Assembly: GCA_965117055.1 (NCBI GenBank)
Contig: OZ220750.1
Span: 3,501,440 to 3,565,439 of the forward strand
Direction of reading: 5' to 3'
DNA length: 64,000 nt
Origin: Alphaproteobacteria bacterium
GTDB lineage: Bacteria; Pseudomonadota; Alphaproteobacteria; MPNO01
Shown: piece by piece, positions 61,554-64,000 of the stretch
How positions within the stretch are numbered: the stretch's first letter is position 1
Layout: each line of letters opens with the position of its first letter
Translations under genes and position numbers: made by a program
Notes under the pieces: generated by a model
Databases searched by the model: none
What the model saw: only the letters and a program-made list of their open reading frames with translations
Told to the model about the DNA's origin: nothing

Positions 61554-61900
61554 CCGGAGCAGTTTCGGCAATGCGCCCGGACCGGCAACGCTCGCGTGAT
61601 GGGACCGCCTCTCACGATCAATAGTGCAGTATGCTATTGGTGGTGTGCAACGCGGCCACCGTAAGATGGAGCGACGGAAGGTCGAGAGCCACGGGCGGAC
61701 AGACATGTCCTCGAGTTTGAGGCAGCGCGCTTCAGGCGCGATGACGGTTGGCTGGTGCCGTGAGGCGGGAGACCATGGCAATCTCAAGGCCCAGAGTGGC
61801 GACCGAATACGGTCGGCGTCGGTCTAAGGCCCCGATAGGCTACAAATTCACTTGACTTCCCAACAGACTTCCACAAACTTCCAGCCAGGAAGGGAAGTCC

Positions 61901-62989
61901 ATGAGCAACTTCTATTCTTTTTCGGCAATTCGCGGGATGCAGGCAGGTCATCCGTATTACACAGTGATGATCCCGCTATGCCAGGTGCCGCGGATTTTCA
62001 GTTTTGACGATGAGACATTGCCACCGGACCTGCGAAGCCAGCGAGTGCTCTCAAAGGCTCGGGTTCCCCAGATCGCCGACTATCTGTCGGCCAACTGGGA
62101 CAACTATATTCTCTCGTCACTCTGCGCGTCGGTGGATGGAGACCTGAGTTTCAAGCCGGCGTCCGATGATCTCTCGCTGCGCAATGTGGGAGTTCTGACC
62201 ATTCCAATGGACGCTCGCATTCTCCTGAACGATGGACAGCATCGCCGGGCCGCGATCGAAGAGGCGCTCAAGACGCGGCCCGAGCTTGAAAACGAGACTA
62301 TCTCGGTTGTCCTGTTCGCCGATCGCGGGCTGGGGCGTTGCCAGCAAATGTTCGCGGATCTCAACAAGAACGCGGTGCGTCCATCAGGCTCACTGAACGT
62401 CCTGTTCGATCACCGCAATCCGCTGGCCCGTCTGTCGGCGCATGTCCTGAGCGAAGTTGAGTTTTTCAGGCGCTTTACCGATCTAGAACGCAGTTCTATA
62501 CCGAACCGGGGGACGGCGCTCTACACGCTTTCGAGCTTCAACCGTGCCAATGAATGGCTCGCAGGGAGGACCGCAGACCGCTTTGGTGAAGACACGCCCG
62601 CCCTGGCAGCGGCCTATTGGGGTGCTCTCTACCAAGCGATGCTCGACTGGCAGCGACTCGACGCAGGGACTCTGAAATCCTGTGATCTGCGCCAAGCGAC
62701 GGTCCACGCCCATGGCGTGATGCTACAGTCCCTCGGGCTGCTTGGCGGACGACTCCTAGCGGAAGAACCGCAAACGTGGCGCAAGCGTCTACCGAAGCTC
62801 AAATCCTTGGACTGGTCGCGGCGGAATGCGGAACTCTGGGAGGGCCGGGTGATGAATGGCGCGCGGATAAATGGTCAAAAGCGGGCGGTCCTGCTCGGCG
62901 CCAATGTACTCTGCCAAACTGTTGGTCTGCCACTCGACGAACGGGGCCGCCACGCCGAGTCCAGTTTAGATGAGAAGGAGGCGGCATAA
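61901..62989 (+). CDS. dndB: DndB (DGQHR-domain DNA phosphorothioation regulator)
   Basis: It has the DGQHR motif (ILLNDGQHRRAAIEEA) and is 362 aa. The region is of lower GC. Confidence 0.8.
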   Translation: MSNFYSFSAIRGMQAGHPYYTVMIPLCQVPRIFSFDDETLPPDLRSQRVLSKARVPQIADYLSANWDNYILSSLCASVDGDLSFKPASDDLSLRNVGVLTIPMDARILLNDGQHRRAAIEEALKTRPELENETISVVLFADRGLGRCQQMFADLNKNAVRPSGSLNVLFDHRNPLARLSAHVLSEVEFFRRFTDLERSSIPNRGTALYTLSSFNRANEWLAGRTADRFGEDTPALAAAYWGALYQAMLDWQRLDAGTLKSCDLRQATVHAHGVMLQSLGLLGGRLLAEEPQTWRKRLPKLKSLDWSRRNAELWEGRVMNGARINGQKRAVLLGANVLCQTVGLPLDERGRHAESSLDEKEAA

Positions 62990-64000
62990 GTTGGCGACTC
63001 TGTTTGACGGACTCGATCCGACCTCGGAACCTGAAACTACCGGCCGCTCCGTTGCGGACGTCGAAGACGAAGTGCGCTGGCTCTATGGCAACGACGATCG
63101 CCCTTGGGTGATAGGTTATAGTGGCGGCAAGGATTCTACCTGTGCGCTGCAACTCATTTGGTCGGCCTTGTCGGGATTGCCGAAGAAAAAGAGAAAGAAG
63201 CCCGTATATGTCTTGAGTTCCGACACGCTGGTCGAGACGCCGGTCATCGTCGACTACATCGACAATTCTATCTCCAACATCAATAAGGCGGCCAAGGCGC
63301 AATCGATCCCCGTTGCGGCGCGCAAGGTGGTGCCGGACATTTCCGATAGTTTCTGGGTCAACTTGCTGGGCCGCGGCTACCCGGCACCGTCCAAGAGGTT
63401 TCGTTGGTGTACGGAGCGGCTGAAGATCGACCCCGCAAACGCGTTCATCAAGGAGAAAGTGGCGGAGTTCGGCGAAGTCGTCATGGTGCTGGGCGTACGC
63501 CGCGCCGAAAGCGCGACCCGAGCCCAAGTTATGTCACTTCATCGGATCAGGAACAGCGTTCTCTCGCGCCACACGACATTGCTCGGCGCTTATGTCTACA
63601 CGCCGATCGAAGCATTTAGTATCGATGATGTGTGGAGCTATCTTTTGCAGAACGATAATCCTTGGGGAGGAGATAATCGGCAGCTCCTAGCAATGTATCG
63701 GAATGCCCAAGCAGGAGAATGCCCACTCGTAGTGGATAAGAACACCGATAGCTGCGGAAACTCCCGATTTGGTTGTTGGGTCTGCACTGTGGTCACCAAG
63801 GACAAGGCCATGGAGGCGATGATCGACAATGGCGAAGCGTGGCTCGAACCGTTGCTTGACCTTAGGGATGAACTCGCGGCAACCCAAGACCCGGCGGAGA
63901 AGTTGAAGGTCCGCGATTTTCGTCGGAGGGACGGACGTGTGGCCTTTAAGGCGGGCAGCAACGAAACAGTCCCGGGACCCTATCGGATATCCTTCCGACA
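62970..64000 (+). CDS. dndC: DndC (PAPS-reductase-like sulfurtransferase of the Dnd system), 3'-partial
   Basis: It has the PP-loop SGGKDS (VIGYSGGKDSTCALQLIW) and a Cys cluster (CGNSRFGCWVCT). It runs off the window end. The start is either ATG 62970, which overlaps dndB, or TTG 62991 with an AAGGAGG SD. Confidence 0.8.
   Translation, partial: MRRRRHKLATLFDGLDPTSEPETTGRSVADVEDEVRWLYGNDDRPWVIGYSGGKDSTCALQLIWSALSGLPKKKRKKPVYVLSSDTLVETPVIVDYIDNSISNINKAAKAQSIPVAARKVVPDISDSFWVNLLGRGYPAPSKRFRWCTERLKIDPANAFIKEKVAEFGEVVMVLGVRRAESATRAQVMSLHRIRNSVLSRHTTLLGAYVYTPIEAFSIDDVWSYLLQNDNPWGGDNRQLLAMYRNAQAGECPLVVDKNTDSCGNSRFGCWVCTVVTKDKAMEAMIDNGEAWLEPLLDLRDELAATQDPAEKLKVRDFRRRDGRVAFKAGSNETVPGPYRISFR

Larger units (their letters stand above)
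5023..64000. mobile_element. Conjugative element (ICE or conjugative plasmid segment) with an MPF-F T4SS, a MOBF relaxase, a leading region and cargo islands. Its boundaries are not in the window
   Basis: It contains a complete F-order tra operon plus T4CP and relaxase, SSB/anti-defence genes, an FseA-like regulator and lower-GC cargo islands. No attachment sites, integrase or tRNA were seen. Confidence 0.7.

Noticed and set aside
1-64000. Search for tRNA, rRNA and integrase/attachment sites that would define the ICE boundary
   Set aside because: Nothing resembling a tRNA cloverleaf, rRNA or a tyrosine/serine recombinase was recognised by eye. The absence is not proof, and tRNAscan or Infernal should be run.

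Overview
The window has high GC (about 68-70%) and is gene dense. Almost all of it belongs to a conjugative element, either an integrative conjugative element (ICE) or a conjugative plasmid, of the kind found in alphaproteobacteria.

- **1-4936:** the 3' part of a giant autotransporter adhesin, built from fibronectin-type-III-like repeats, a Calx-beta-like module and a C-terminal beta-barrel. Its 5' end lies outside the window.
- **About 5.0-6.3 kb:** a regulatory module. A DUF6499-like ORF and a DUF2285-like ORF overlap in different frames at a poly-G tract, which suggests an FseA-like frameshift-fused activator. A small AlpA/MerR-like HTH gene follows.
- **6.3-29.3 kb (+ strand):** a complete F-type (MPF-F) mating-pair-formation operon in almost exactly F-plasmid order: pilin-like traA, traL, traE, traK, traB, traV, traC, a trbI-like gene, an S26 signal peptidase, traW, an embedded short ssb-like gene, traU, trbC, traN, thioredoxin-like traF, traH and traG. 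The coupling protein TraD and a MOBF TrwC/TraI relaxase-helicase follow.
- **About 30.5-37.1 kb (- strand):** a leading-region-like block. It carries two SLOG-fold proteins (one DUF2493-like, one DprA/LOG-like), DUF4326, a toprim primase-like protein, NADAR, a Macro domain protein, AlkB and a canonical SSB.
- **About 37.8-42.2 kb:** an island of lower GC. It carries an ImmA/IrrE metallopeptidase with an XRE repressor (CapP/CapH-like), divergent from a four-gene operon encoding a tandem ubiquitin-like protein, an E2-like protein, a JAB/JAMM peptidase and an E1/ThiF (Bil/6E-type ubiquitin-like conjugation machinery).
- **42.4-60.7 kb (- strand):** a long co-directional block. Low to high: a small ORF, a 1500-aa N6-adenine methyltransferase fused to an SNF2/strawberry-notch helicase, two unknowns, an SRAP (abasic-site) peptidase, RadC and two DUFs. 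Above these sit a GHKL-ATPase-like protein, an 813-aa ParB-like nuclease-domain protein, a VWA / DUF / MoxR-AAA+ triad and a PAPS-reductase-like protein.
- **61.9-64.0 kb:** a second lower-GC island starting a dnd DNA-phosphorothioation cluster (dndB with a DGQHR motif, then the 5' part of dndC), running off the window end.

No rRNA, tRNA or CRISPR array was recognised by eye. Many long overlapping ORFs on opposite or alternate frames are artefacts of the high GC content.
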